Shown here in pieces: positions 13,401 to 28,400 of a DNA stretch of 64,000 nucleotides; within the stretch, counting starts at the first letter, position 1; each line of letters starts with the position of its first letter. A program made the position numbers and the translations under genes. Origin of the DNA: Aplysia californica (taxonomy: Eukaryota); the NCBI RefSeq assembly GCF_000002075.1, contig NW_004797465.1, positions 684,438-748,437 of the forward strand. Direction: 5' to 3'. Below the pieces are notes generated by a model. That model was not told where the DNA came from. It worked only from the letters and a program-made list of their open reading frames with translations, and did no database searches.

Positions 13401-16400
13401 TTTCTTGGCCTTTGAAAGAGTCTTCTGATCTTTCTTTTTGTTTTTGCTTTCAAGTGTTATAGATTTGCATTTCTCTTTACCGCCCTCGTCGTCGTCGTCG
13501 TCGTCGTCGTCTGAAGAAATATCGAGAAAAATTATACTGGAGACATCGGCACCTAACAGAAAAACCCTTTTAAAAGTTGACCAACTATTTTGGCTTTTGT
13601 ATGAAGTACGCAAAAGTATGGTTTTTTTACGATCAAGACAAAATCGATATTTCATAGAATCTAAATAGATTATTGTGCACTATAGATCTAGACAAAAGTG
13701 GTTTTAACATCATTTGCATGTTGTAAACCGAATCCTTTTGAAGATTTACAATCGAAAAAAAAATATTTCTGAAACAAAATCTGAAGGCAGTGGCACCAAT
13801 TACCGAAAGTACCCCTACTATTTCCAGAGAAGACAAAGGCTCAATGGTCAAACGAAAAAACAACCGTAATTTAAGGAGATGCGATAGTAAATAGAGTTTC
13901 CGAATCCTTAGGAAGATTTACAATCGAAAAATATATATTTCCAAAACAAAATCTGAAGGCAGTGGCACCTACCACTGAGAAGTACCGCTACTATTTCCAA
14001 AATAGACAATGCCTCACTGGTCAAACGTAAAGACAATCGTGGTTTTAGGAGAGACGATAGTAAAGAGAGTTTAAGATTGATAAAGAGTGTACAATGTATT
14101 GAAAGAAAAGCTGGAAGTTGGCCTTACTGAAGACAGATTATTGATTTAAGAATTTATTTTCCGAGCTAAAAATCTACGCAAAATGCGGTGAGGCCTGAGA
14201 AAACAAGGAAAAAAGTACTTCATAAAAATAGAGTTCTTCTGGAGCAAAATTCACGAGAGAGCATAAAAGATGTAGAAGTTGGAAGAAATGATTCTGATAG
14301 ATTAGTAACTGCATCGTTTTCCAAGAATTTAAAAACAACAACACCCCAACAAACCTTTATCGCCTTTTGGCTTGTAGCAAACTTTGAATACTGCACGGCA
14401 GTTATTCTTCACCCAGGCCTTCTTTCCTTTAAAGCCAAAGGATTTGTTCTTCTTGCACTTGCCCTTTGACTTTTCTTCTTTCATCTTCATAGACTTGATT
14501 TTCTTGGCCTTTGAAAGAGTCTTCTGATCTTTCTTTTTGTTTTTGCTTTCAAGTGTTATAGATTTGCATTTCTCTTTACCGCCCTCGTCGTCGTCGTCGT
14601 CGTCGTCTGAAGAAATATCGAGAAAAATTATACTGGAGACATCGGCACCTAACAGAAAAACCCTTTTAAAAGTTGACCAACTATTTTGGCTTTTGTATGA
14701 AGTACGCAAAAGTATGGTTTTTTTACGATCAAGACAAAATCGATATTTCATAGAATCTAAATAGATTATTGTGCACTATAGATCTAGACAAAAGTGGTTT
14801 TAACATCATTTGCATGTTGTAAACCGAATCCTTTTGAAGATTTACAATCGAAAAAAAAATATTTCTGAAACAAAATCTGAAGGCAGTGGCACCAATTACC
14901 GAAAGTACCCCTACTATTTCCAGAGAAGACAAAGGCTCAATGGTCAAACGAAAAAACAACCGTAATTTAAGGAGATGCGATAGTAAATAGAGTTTCCGAA
15001 TCCTTAGGAAGATTTACAATCGAAAAATATATATTTCCAAAACAAAATCTGAAGGCAGTGGCACCTACCACTGAGAAGTACCGCTACTATTTCCAAAATA
15101 GACAATGCCTCACTGGTCAAACGTAAAGACAATCGTGGTTTTAGGAGAGACGATAGTAAAGAGAGTTTAAGATTGATAAAGAGTGTACAATGTATTGAAA
15201 GAAAAGCTGGAAGTTGGCCTTACTGAAGACAGATTATTGATTTAAGAATTTATTTTCCGAGCTAAAAATCTACGCAAAATGCGGTGAGGCCTGAGAAAAC
15301 AAGGAAAAAAGTACTTCATAAAAATAGAGTTCTTCTGGAGCAAAATTCACGAGAGAGCATAAAAGATGTAGAAGTTGGAAGAAATGATTCTGATAGATTA
15401 GTAACTGCATCGTTTTCCAAGAATTTAAAAACAACAACACCCCAACAAACCTTTATCGCCTTTTGGCTTGTAGCAAACTTTGAATACTGCACGGCAGTTA
15501 TTCTTCACCCAGGCCTTCTTTCCTTTAAAGCCAAAGGATTTGTTCTTCTTGCACTTGCCCTTTGACTTTTCTTCTTTCATCTTCATAGACTTGATTTTCT
15601 TGGCCTTTGAAAGAGTCTTCTGATCTTTCTTTTTGTTTTTGCTTTCAAGTGTTATAGATTTGCATTTCTCTTTACCGCCCTCGTCGTCGTCGTCGTCGTC
15701 GTCTGAAGAAATATCGAGAAAAATTATACTGGAGACATCGGCACCTAACAGAAAAACCCTTTTAAAAGTTGACCAACTATTTTGGCTTTTGTATGAAGTA
15801 CGCAAAAGTATGGTTTTTTTACGATCAAGACAAAATCGATATTTCATAGAATCTAAATAGATTATTGTGCACTATAGATCTAGACAAAAGTGGTTTTAAC
15901 ATCATTTGCATGTTGTAAACCGAATCCTTTTGAAGATTTACAATCGAAAAAAAAATATTTCTGAAACAAAATCTGAAGGCAGTGGCACCAATTACCGAAA
16001 GTACCCCTACTATTTCCAGAGAAGACAAAGGCTCAATGGTCAAACGAAAAAACAACCGTCATTTAAGGAGATGCGATAGTAAATAGAGTTTCCGAATCCT
16101 TAGGAAGATTTACAATCGAAAAATATATATTTCCAAAACAAAATCTGAAGGCAGTGGCACCTACCACTGAGAAGTACCGCTACTATTTCCAAAATAGACA
16201 ATGCCTCACTGGTCAAACGTAAAGACAATCGTGGTTTTAGGAGAGACGATAGTAAAGAGAGTTTAAGATTGATAAAGAGTGTACAATGTATTGAAAGAAA
16301 AGCTGGAAGTTGGCCTTACTGAAGACAGATTAATGATTTAAGAATTTATTTTCCGAGCTAAAAATCTACGCAAAATGCGGTGAGGCCTGAGAAAACAAGG

Positions 16401-19400
16401 AAAAAAGTACTTCATAAAAATAGAGTTCTTCTGGAGCAAAATTCACGAGATAGCATAAAAGATGTAGAAGTTGGAAGAAATGATTCTGATAGATTAGTAG
16501 CTGCATCGTTTTCCAAGAATTTAAAAACAACAACACCCCAACAAACCTTTATCGCCTTTTGGCTTGTAGCAAACTTTGAATACTGCACGGCAGTTATTCT
16601 TCACCCAGGCCTTCTTTCCTTTAAAGCCAAAGGATTTGTTCTTCTTGCACTTGCCCTTTGACTTTTCTTCTTTCATCTTCATAGACTTGATTTTCTTGGC
16701 CTTTGAAAGAGTCTTCTGATCTTTCTTTTTGTTTTTGCTTTCAAGTGTTATAGATTTGCATTTCTCTTTACCGCCCTCGTCGTCGTCGTCGTCGTCGTCT
16801 GAAGAAATATCGAGAAAAATTATACTGGAGACATCGGCACCTAACAGAAAAACCCTTTTAAAAGTTGACCAACTATTTTGGCTTTTGTATGAAGTACGCA
16901 AAAGTATGGTTTTTTTACGATCAAGACAAAATCGATATTTCATAGAATCTAAATAGATTATTGTGCACTATAGATCTAGACAAAAGTGGTTTTAACATCA
17001 TTTGCATGTTGTAAACCGAATCCTTTTGAAGATTTACAATCGAAAAAAAAATATTTCTGAAACAAAATCTGAAGGCAGTGGCACCAATTACCGAAAGTAC
17101 CCCTACTATTTCCAGAGAAGACAAAGGCTCAATGGTCAAACGAAAAAACAACCGTCATTTAAGGAGATGCGATAGTAAATAGAGTTTCCGAATCCTTAGG
17201 AAGATTTACAATCGAAAAATATATATTTCCAAAACAAAATCTGAAGGCAGTGGCACCTACCACTGAGAAGTACCGCTACTATTTCCAAAATAGACAATGC
17301 CTCACTGGTCAAACGTAAAGACAATCGTGGTTTTAGGAGAGACGATAGTAAAGAGAGTTTAAGATTGATAAAGAGTGTACAATGTATTGAAAGAAAAGCT
17401 GGAAGTTGGCCTTACTGAAGACAGATTAATGATTTAAGAATTTATTTTCCGAGCTAAAAATCTACGCAAAATGCGGTGAGGCCTGAGAAAACAAGGAAAA
17501 AAGTACTTCATAAAAATAGAGTTCTTCTGGAGCAAAATTCACGAGATAGCATAAAAGATGTAGAAGTTGGAAGAAATGATTCTGATAGATTAGTAGCTGC
17601 ATCGTTTTCCAAGAATTTAAAAACAACAACACCCCAACAAACCTTTATCGCCTTTTGGCTTGTAGCAAACTTTGAATACTGCACGGCAGTTATTCTTCAC
17701 CCAGGCCTTCTTTCCTTTAAAGCCAAAGGATTTGTTCTTCTTGCACTTGCCCTTTGACTTTTCTTCTTTCATCTTCATAGACTTGATTTTCTTGGCCTTT
17801 GAAAGAGTCTTCTGATCTTTCTTTTTGTTTTTGCTTTCAAGTGTTATAGATTTGCATTTCTCTTTACCGCCCTCGTCGTCGTCGTCGTCGTCGTCTGAAG
17901 AAATATCGAGAAAAATTATACTGGAGACATCGGCACCTAACAGAAAAACCCTTTTAAAAGTTGACCAACTATTTTGGCTTTTGTATGAAGTACGCAAAAG
18001 TATGGTTTTTTTACGATCAAGACAAAATCGATATTTCATAGAATCTAAATAGATTATTGTGCACTATAGATCTAGACAAAAGTGGTTTTAACATCATTTG
18101 CATGTTGTAAACCGAATCCTTTTGAAGATTTACAATCGAAAAAAAATAATTTCCAAAACAAAATCTGAAGGCAGTGGCACCTACCACTGAGAAGTACCGC
18201 TACTATTTCCAAAATAGACAATGCCTCACTGGTCAAACGTAAAGACAATCGTGGTTTTAGGAGAGACGATAGTAAAGAGAGTTTAAGATTGATAAAGAGT
18301 GTACAATGTATTGAAAGAAAAGCTGGAAGTTGGCCTTACTGAAGACAGATTAATGATTTAAGAATTTATTTTCCGAGCTAAAAATCTACGCAAAATGCGG
18401 TGAGGCCTGAGAAAACAAGGAAAAAAGTACTTCATAAAAATAGAGTTCTTCTGGAGCAAAATTCACGAGATAGCATAAAAGATGTAGAAGTTGGAAGAAA
18501 TGATTCTGATAGATTAGTAGCTGCATCGTTTTCCAAGAATTTAAAAACAACAACACCCCAACAAACCTTTATCGCCTTTTGGCTTGTAGCAAACTTTGAA
18601 TACTGCACGGCAGTTATTCTTCACCCAGGCCTTCTTTCCTTTAAAGCCAAAGGATTTGTTCTTCTTGCACTTGCCCTTTGACTTTTCTTCTTTCATCTTC
18701 ATAGACTTGATTTTCTTGGCCTTTGAAAGAGTCTTCTGATCTTTCTTTTTGTTTTTGCTTTCAAGTGTTATAGATTTGCATTTCTCTTTACCGCCCTCGT
18801 CGTCGTCGTCGTCGTCGTCTGAAGAAATATCGAGAAAAATTATACTGGAGACATCGGCACCTAACAGAAAAACCCTATTAAAAGTTGACCAACTATTTTG
18901 GCTTTTGTATGAAGTACGCAAAAGTATGTTTTTTTTACGATCAAGACAAAATCGATATTTCATAGAATCTAAATAGATTATTGTGCACTATAGATCTAGA
19001 CAAAAGTGGTTTTAACATCATTTGCATGTTGTAAACCGAATCCTTTTGAAGATTTACAATCGAAAAAAAAATATTTCTGAAACAAAATCTGAAGGCAGTG
19101 GCACCAATTACCGAAAGTACCCCTACTATTTCCAGAGAAGACAAAGGCTCAATGGTCAAACGAAAAAACAACCGTCATTTAAGGAGATGCGATAGTAAAT
19201 AGAGTTTCCGAATCCTTAGGAAGATTTACAATCGAAAAATATATATTTCCAAAACAAAATCTGAAGGCAGTGGCACCTACCACTGAGAAGTACCGCTACT
19301 ATTTCCAAAATAGACAATGCCTCACTGGTCAAACGTAAAGACAATCGTGGTTTTAGGAGAGACGATAGTAAAGAGAGTTTAAGATTGATAAAGAGTGTAC

Positions 19401-22400
19401 AATGTATTGAAAGAAAAGCTGGAAGTTGGCCTTACTGAAGACAGATTAATGATTTAAGAATTTATTTTCCGAGCTAAAAATCTACGCAAAATGCGGTGAG
19501 GCCTGAGAAAACAAGGAAAAAAGTACTTCATAAAAATAGAGTTCTTCTGGAGCAAAATTCACGAGATAGCATAAAAGATGTAGAAGTTGGAAGAAATGAT
19601 TCTGATAGATTAGTAGCTGCATCGTTTTCCAAGAATTTAAAAACAACAACACCCCAACAAACCTTTATCGCCTTTTGGCTTGTAGCAAACTTTGAATACT
19701 GCACGGCAGTTATTCTTCACCCAGGCCTTCTTTCCTTTAAAGCCAAAGGATTTGTTCTTCTTGCACTTGCCCTTTGACTTTTCTTCTTTCATCTTCATAG
19801 ACTTGATTTTCTTGGCCTTTGAAAGAGTCTTCTGATCTTTCTTTTTGTTTTTGCTTTCAAGTGTTATAGATTTGCATTTCTCTTTACCGCCCTCGTCGTC
19901 GTCGTCGTCGTCGTCTGAAGAAATATCGAGAAAAATTATACTGGAGACATCGGCACCTAACAGAAAAACCCTTTTAAAAGTTGACCAACTATTTTGGCTT
20001 TTGTATGAAGTACGCAAAAGTATGGTTTTTTTACGATCAAGACAAAATCGATATTTCATAGAATCTAAATAGATTATTGTGCACTATAGATCTAGACAAA
20101 AGTGGTTTTAACATCATTTGCATGTTGTAAACCGAATCCTTTTGAAGATTTACAATCGAAAAAAAAATATTTCTGAAACAAAATCTGAAGGCAGTGGCAC
20201 CAATTACCGAAAGTACCCCTACTATTTCCAGAGAAGACAAAGGCTCAATGGTCAAACGAAAAAACAACCGTCATTTAAGGAGATGCGATAGTAAATAGAG
20301 TTTCCGAATCCTTAGGAAGATTTACAATCGAAAAATATATATTTCCAAAACAAAATCTGAAGGCAGTGGCACCTACCACTGAGAAGTACCGCTACTATTT
20401 CCAAAATAGACAATGCCTCACTGGTCAAACGTAAAGACAATCGTGGTTTTAGGAGAGACGATAGTAAAGAGAGTTTAAGATTGATAAAGAGTGTACAATG
20501 TATTGAAAGAAAAGCTGGAAGTTGGCCTTACTGAAGACAGATTAATGATTTAAGAATTTATTTTCCGAGCTAAAAATCTACGCAAAATGCGGTGAGGCCT
20601 GAGAAAACAAGGAAAAAAGTACTTCATAAAAATAGAGTTCTTCTGGAGCAAAATTCACGAGATAGCATAAAAGATGTAGAAGTTGGAAGAAATGATTCTG
20701 ATAGATTAGTAGCTGCATCGTTTTCCAAGAATTTAAAAACAACAACACCCCAACAAACCTTTATCGCCTTTTGGCTTGTAGCAAACTTTGAATACTGCAC
20801 GGCAGTTATTCTTCACCCAGGCCTTCTTTCCTTTAAAGCCAAAGGATTTGTTCTTCTTGCACTTGCCCTTTGACTTTTCTTCTTTCATCTTCATAGACTT
20901 GATTTTCTTGGCCTTTGAAAGAGTCTTCTGATCTTTCTTTTTGTTTTTGCTTTCAAGTGTTATAGATTTGCATTTCTCTTTACCGCCCTCGTCGTCGTCG
21001 TCGTCGTCGTCTGAAGAAATATCGAGAAAAATTATACTGGAGACATCGGCACCTAACAGAAAAACCCTATTAAAAGTTGACCAACTATTTTGGCTTTTGT
21101 ATGAAGTACGCAAAAGTATGTTTTTTTTACGATCAAGACAAAATCGATATTTCATAGAATCTAAATAGATTATTGTGCACTATAGATCTAGACAAAAGTG
21201 GTTTTAACATCATTTGCATGTTGTAAACCGAATCCTTTTGAAGATTTACAATCGAAAAAAAATAATTTCCAAAACAAAATCTGAAGGCAGTGGCACCTAC
21301 CACTGAGAAGTACCGCTACTATTTCCAAAATAGACAATGCCTCACTGGTCAAACGTAAAGACAATCGTGGTTTTAGGAGAGACGATAGTAAAGAGAGTTT
21401 AAGATTGATAAAGAGTGTACAATGTATTGAAAGAAAAGCTGGAAGTTGGCCTTACTGAAGACAGATTAATGATTTAAGAATTTATTTTCCGAGCTAAAAA
21501 TCTACGCAAAATGCGGTGAGGCCTGAGAAAACAAGGAAAAAAGTACTTCATAAAAATAGAGTTCTTCTGGAGCAAAATTCACGAGATAGCATAAAAGATG
21601 TAGAAGTTGGAAGAAATGATTCTGATAGATTAGTAGCTGCATCGTTTTCCAAGAATTTAAAAACAACAACACCCCAACAAACCTTTATCGCCTTTTGGCT
21701 TGTAGCAAACTTTGAATACTGCACGGCAGTTATTCTTCACCCAGGCCTTCTTTCCTTTAAAGCCAAAGGATTTGTTCTTCTTGCACTTGCCCTTTGACTT
21801 TTCTTCTTTCATCTTCATAGACTTGATTTTCTTGGCCTTTGAAAGAGTCTTCTGATCTTTCTTTTTGTTTTTGCTTTCAAGTGTTATAGATTTGCATTTC
21901 TCTTTACCGCCCTCGTCGTCGTCGTCGTCGTCGTCTGAAGAAATATCGAGAAAAATTATACTGGAGACATCGGCACCTAACAGAAAAACCCTATTAAAAG
22001 TTGACCAACTATTTTGGCTTTTGTATGAAGTACGCAAAAGTATGTTTTTTTTACGATCAAGACAAAATCGATATTTCATAGAATCTAAATAGATTATTGT
22101 GCACTATAGATCTAGACAAAAGTGGTTTTAACATCATTTGCATGTTGTAAACCGAATCCTTTTGAAGATTTACAATCGAAAAAAAAATATTTCTGAAACA
22201 AAATCTGAAGGCAGTGGCACCAATTACCGAAAGTACCCCTACTATTTCCAGAGAAGACAAAGGCTCAATGGTCAAACGAAAAAACAACCGTCATTTAAGG
22301 AGATGCGATAGTAAATAGAGTTTCCGAATCCTTAGGAAGATTTACAATCGAAAAATATATATTTCCAAAACAAAATCTGAAGGCAGTGGCACCTACCACT

Positions 22401-25400
22401 GAGAAGTACCGCTACTATTTCCAAAATAGACAATGCCTCACTGGTCAAACGTAAAGACAATCGTGGTTTTAGGAGAGACGATAGTAAAGAGAGTTTAAGA
22501 TTGATAAAGAGTGTACAATGTATTGAAAGAAAAGCTGGAAGTTGGCCTTACTGAAGACAGATTAATGATTTAAGAATTTATTTTCCGAGCTAAAAATCTA
22601 CGCAAAATGCGGTGAGGCCTGAGAAAACAAGGAAAAAAGTACTTCATAAAAATAGAGTTCTTCTGGAGCAAAATTCACGAGATAGCATAAAAGATGTAGA
22701 AGTTGGAAGAAATGATTCTGATAGATTAGTAGCTGCATCGTTTTCCAAGAATTTAAAAACAACAACACCCCAACAAACCTTTATCGCCTTTTGGCTTGTA
22801 GCAAACTTTGAATACTGCACGGCAGTTATTCTTCACCCAGGCCTTCTTTCCTTTAAAGCCAAAGGATTTGTTCTTCTTGCACTTGCCCTTTGACTTTTCT
22901 TCTTTCATCTTCATAGACTTGATTTTCTTGGCCTTTGAAAGAGTCTTCTGATCTTTCTTTTTGTTTTTGCTTTCAAGTGTTATAGATTTGCATTTCTCTT
23001 TACCGCCCTCGTCGTCGTCGTCGTCGTCGTCTGAAGAAATATCGAGAAAAATTATACTGGAGACATCGGCACCTAACAGAAAAACCCTATTAAAAGTTGA
23101 CCAACTATTTTGGCTTTTGTATGAAGTACGCAAAAGTATGTTTTTTTTACGATCAAGACAAAATCGATATTTCATAGAATCTAAATAGATTATTGTGCAC
23201 TATAGATCTAGACAAAAGTGGTTTTAACATCATTTGCATGTTGTAAACCGAATCCTTTTGAAGATTTACAATCGAAAAAAAATAATTTCCAAAACAAAAT
23301 CTGAAGGCAGTGGCACCTACCACTGAGAAGTACCGCTACTATTTCCAAAATAGACAATGCCTCACTGGTCAAACGTAAAGACAATCGTGGTTTTAGGAGA
23401 GACGATAGTAAAGAGAGTTTAAGATTGATAAAGAGTGTACAATGTATTGAAAGAAAAGCTGGAAGTTGGCCTTACTGAAGACAGATTATTGATTTAAGAA
23501 TTTATTTTCCGAGCTAAAAATCTACGCAAAATGCGGTGAGGCCTGAGAAAACAAGGAAAAAAGTACCTCATAAAAATAGAGTTCTTCTGGAGCAAAATTC
23601 ACGAGATAGCATAAAAGATGTAGAAGTTGGAAGAAATGATTCTGATAGATTAGTAGCTGCATCGTTTTCCAAGAATTTAAAAACAACAACACCCCAACAA
23701 ACCTTTATCGCCTTTTGGCTTGTAGCAAACTTTGAATACTGCACGGCAGTTATTCTTCACCCAGGCCTTCTTTCCTTTAAAGCCAAAGGATTTGTTCTTC
23801 TTGCACTTGCCCTTTGACTTTTCTTCTTTCATCTTCATAGACTTGATTTTCTTGGCCTTTGAAAGAGTCTTCTGATCTTTCTTTTTGTTTTTGCTTTCAA
23901 GTGTTATAGATTTGCATTTCTCTTTACCGCCCTCGTCGTCGTCGTCGTCGTCGTCTGAAGAAATATCGAGAAAAATTATACTGGAGACATCGGCACCTAA
24001 CAGAAAAACCCTATTAAAAGTTGACCAACTATTTTGGCTTTTGTATGAAGTACGCAAAAGTATGTTTTTTTTACGATCAAGACAAAATCGATATTTCATA
24101 GAATCTAAATAGATTATTGTGCACTATAGATCTAGACAAAAGTGGTTTTAACATCATTTGCATGTTGTAAACCGAATCCTTTTGAAGATTTACAATCGAA
24201 AAAAAATAATTTCCAAAACAAAATCTGAAGGCAGTGGCACCTACCACTGAGAAGTACCGCTACTATTTCCAAAATAGACAATGCCTCACTGGTCAAACGT
24301 AAAGACAATCGTGGTTTTAGGAGAGACGATAGTAAAGAGAGTTTAAGATTGATAAAGAGTGTACAATGTATTGAAAGAAAAGCTGGAAGTTGGCCTTACT
24401 GAAGACAGATTATTGATTTAAGAATTTATTTTCCGAGCTAAAAATCTACGCAAAATGCGGTGAGGCCTGAGAAAACAAGGAAAAAAGTACCTCATAAAAA
24501 TAGAGTTCTTCTGGAGCAAAATTCACGAGATAGCATAAAAGATGTAGAAGTTGGAAGAAATGATTCTGATAGATTAGTAGCTGCATCGTTTTCCAAGAAT
24601 TTAAAAACAACAACACCCCAACAAACCTTTATCGCCTTTTGGCTTGTAGCAAACTTTGAATACTGCACGGCAGTTATTCTTCACCCAGGCCTTCTTTCCT
24701 TTAAAGCCAAAGGATTTGTTCTTCTTGCACTTGCCCTTTGACTTTTCTTCTTTCATCTTCATAGACTTGATTTTCTTGGCCTTTGAAAGAGTCTTCTGAT
24801 CTTTCTTTTTGTTTTTGCTTTCAAGTGTTATAGATTTGCATTTCTCTTTACCGCCCTCGTCGTCGTCGTCGTCGTCTGAAGAAATATCGAGAAAAATTAT
24901 ACTGGAGACATCGGCACCTAACAGAAAAACCCTTTTAAAAGTTGACCAACTATTTTGGCTTTTGTATGAAGTACGCAAAAGTATGGTTTTTTTACGATCA
25001 AGACAAAATCGATATTTCATAGAATCTAAATAGATTATTGTGCACTATAGATCTAGACAAAAGTGGTTTTAACATCATTTGCATGTTGTAAACCGAATCC
25101 TTTTGAAGATTTACAATCGAAAAAAAAATATTTCTGAAACAAAATCTGAAGGCAGTGGCACCAATTACCGAAAGTACCCCTACTATTTCCAGAGAAGACA
25201 AAGGCTCAATGGTCAAACGAAAAAACAACCGTCATTTAAGGAGATGCGATAGTAAATAGAGTTTCCGAATCCTTAGGAAGATTTACAATCGAAAAATATA
25301 TATTTCCAAAACAAAATCTGAAGGCAGTGGCACCTACCACTGAGAAGTACCGCTACTATTTCCAAAATAGACAATGCCTCACTGGTCAAACGTAAAGACA

Positions 25401-28400
25401 ATCGTGGTTTTAGGAGAGACGATAGTAAAGAGAGTTTAAGATTGATAAAGAGTGTACAATGTATTGAAAGAAAAGCTGGAAGTTGGCCTTACTGAAGACA
25501 GATTATTGATTTAAGAATTTATTTTCCGAGCTAAAAATCTACGCAAAATGCGGTGAGGCCTGAGAAAACAAGGAAAAAAGTACTTCATAAAAATAGAGTT
25601 CTTCTGGAGCAAAATTCACGAGATAGCATAAAAGATGTAGAAGTTGGAAGAAATGATTCTGATAGATTAGTAGCTGCATCGTTTTCCAAGAATTTAAAAA
25701 CAACAACACCCCAACAAACCTTTATCGCCTTTTGGCTTGTAGCAAACTTTGAATACTGCACGGCAGTTATTCTTCACCCAGGCCTTCTTTCCTTTAAAGC
25801 CAAAGGATTTGTTCTTCTTGCACTTGCCCTTTGACTTTTCTTCTTTCATCTTCATAGACTTGATTTTCTTGGCCTTTGAAAGAGTCTTCTGATCTTTCTT
25901 TTTGTTTTTGCTTTCAAGTGTTATAGATTTGCATTTCTCTTTACCGCCCTCGTCGTCGTCGTCGTCGTCGTCTGAAGAAATATCGAGAAAAATTATACTG
26001 GAGACATCGGCACCTAACAGAAAAACCCTTTTAAAAGTTGACCAACTATTTTGGCTTTTGTATGAAGTACGCAAAAGTATGGTTTTTTTACGATCAAGAC
26101 AAAATCGATATTTCATAGAATCTAAATAGATTATTGTGCACTATAGATCTAGACAAAAGTGGTTTTAACATCATTTGCATGTTGTAAACCGAATCCTTTT
26201 GAAGATTTACAATCGAAAAAAAAATATTTCTGAAACAAAATCTGAAGGCAGTGGCACCAATTACCGAAAGTACCCCTACTATTTCCAGAGAAGACAAAGG
26301 CTCAATGGTCAAACGAAAAAACAACCGTCATTTAAGGAGATGCGATAGTAAATAGAGTTTCCGAATCCTTAGGAAGATTTACAATCGAAAAATATATATT
26401 TCCAAAACAAAATCTGAAGGCAGTGGCACCTACCACTGAGAAGTACCGCTACTATTTCCAAAATAGACAATGCCTCACTGGTCAAACGTAAAGACAATCG
26501 TGGTTTTAGGAGAGACGATAGTAAAGAGAGTTTAAGATTGATAAAGAGTGTACAATGTATTGAAAGAAAAGCTGGAAGTTGGCCTTACTGAAGACAGATT
26601 ATTGATTTAAGAATTTATTTTCCGAGCTAAAAATCTACGCAAAATGCGGTGAGGCCTGAGAAAACAAGGAAAAAAGTACTTCATAAAAATAGAGTTCTTC
26701 TGGAGCAAAATTCACGAGATAGCATAAAAGATGTAGAAGTTGGAAGAAATGATTCTGATAGATTAGTAGCTGCATCGTTTTCCAAGAATTTAAAAACAAC
26801 AACACCCCAACAAACCTTTATCGCCTTTTGGCTTGTAGCAAACTTTGAATACTGCACGGCAGTTATTCTTCACCCAGGCCTTCTTTCCTTTAAAGCCAAA
26901 GGATTTGTTCTTCTTGCACTTGCCCTTTGACTTTTCTTCTTTCATCTTCATAGACTTGATTTTCTTGGCCTTTGAAAGAGTCTTCTGATCTTTCTTTTTG
27001 TTTTTGCTTTCAAGTGTTATAGATTTGCATTTCTCTTTACCGCCCTCGTCGTCGTCGTCGTCGTCTGAAGAAATATCGAGAAAAAATATACTGGAGACAT
27101 CGGCACCTAACAGAAACACCCTTTTAAAAGTTGACCAACTATTTTGGCTTTTGTATGAAGTATGCAACGCAAAAGTATGGTTTTTTTACGATCAAGACAA
27201 AATCGATATGGTTTTACGGCGCTCGCAACTGCTTAGGTCATATGAGCGCGCATGGTTTTTTTTAAAGATCAAGACATGTTGTAAACCGAATCCTTTATAA
27301 GATTTACAATCGAAAAAAAATATTTCTGAAACAAAATCTGAAGGCAGTGGCACCAATTACCGAAAGTACCCCTACTATTTCCAGAGAAGACAAAGGCTCA
27401 ATGGTCAAACGTAAAAACAACCGTGTTTTAAGGAGAGGCGATAGTAAATAGAATTTCCGAATCTTTAGGAAGGTTTACAATCGAAAAATATATATTTCCA
27501 AAACAAAATCTGAAGGCAGTGGTACCTACCACTAAGAAGTACCCCTACTATTTCCAAAATAGACAATACCTCACTGGTCAAACGTAAAGACAATCGTGGT
27601 TTAAGGAGAGACGATAGTAAAGAGAGTTTAAGATTGATAAAGAGTGTACAATGTATTGAAAGAAAAGCTGGAAGTTGGCCTTACTGAAGACAGATTATTG
27701 ATTTAAGAATTTATTTTCCGAGCTAAAAATCTACGCAAAATGCGGTGAGGCCTGAGAAAACAAGGAAAAAAGTACTTCATAAAAATAGAGTTCTTCTGGA
27801 GCAAAATTCACGAGATAGCATAAAAGATGTAGAAGTTGGAAGAAATGATTCTGATAGATTAGTAGCTGCATCGTTTTCCAAGAATTTAAAAACAACAACA
27901 CCCCAACAAACCTTTATCGCCTTTTGGCTTGTAGCAAACTTTGAATACTGCACGGCAGTTATTCTTCACCCAGGCCTTCTTTCCTTTAAAGCCAAAGGAT
28001 TTGTTCTTCTTGCACTTGCCCTTTGACTTTTCTTCTTTCATCTTCATAGACTTGATTTTCTTGGCCTTTGAAAGAGTCTTCTGATCTTTCTTTTTGTTTT
28101 TGCTTTCAAGTGTTATAGATTTGCATTTCTCTTTACCGCCCTCGTCGTCGTCGTCGTCGTCGTCTGAAGAAATATCGAGAAAAATTATACTGGAGACATC
28201 GGCACCTAACAGAAAAACCCTTTTAAAAGTTGACCAACTATTTTGGCTTTTGTATGAAGTACGCAAAAGTATGGTTTTTTTACGATCAAGACAAAATCGA
28301 TATTTCATAGAATCTAAATAGATTATTGTGCACTATAGATCTAGACAAAAGTGGTTTTAACATCATTTGCATGTTGTAAACCGAATCCTTTTGAAGATTT

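Noticed and set aside
10114-28308. 18 separate 140-aa single-exon genes (MKYRFCLD...GLLGCCCF)
   Set aside because: Conservation between repeat families stops exactly at the AG and GT sites; ORF extensions differ between families and are intronic read-through
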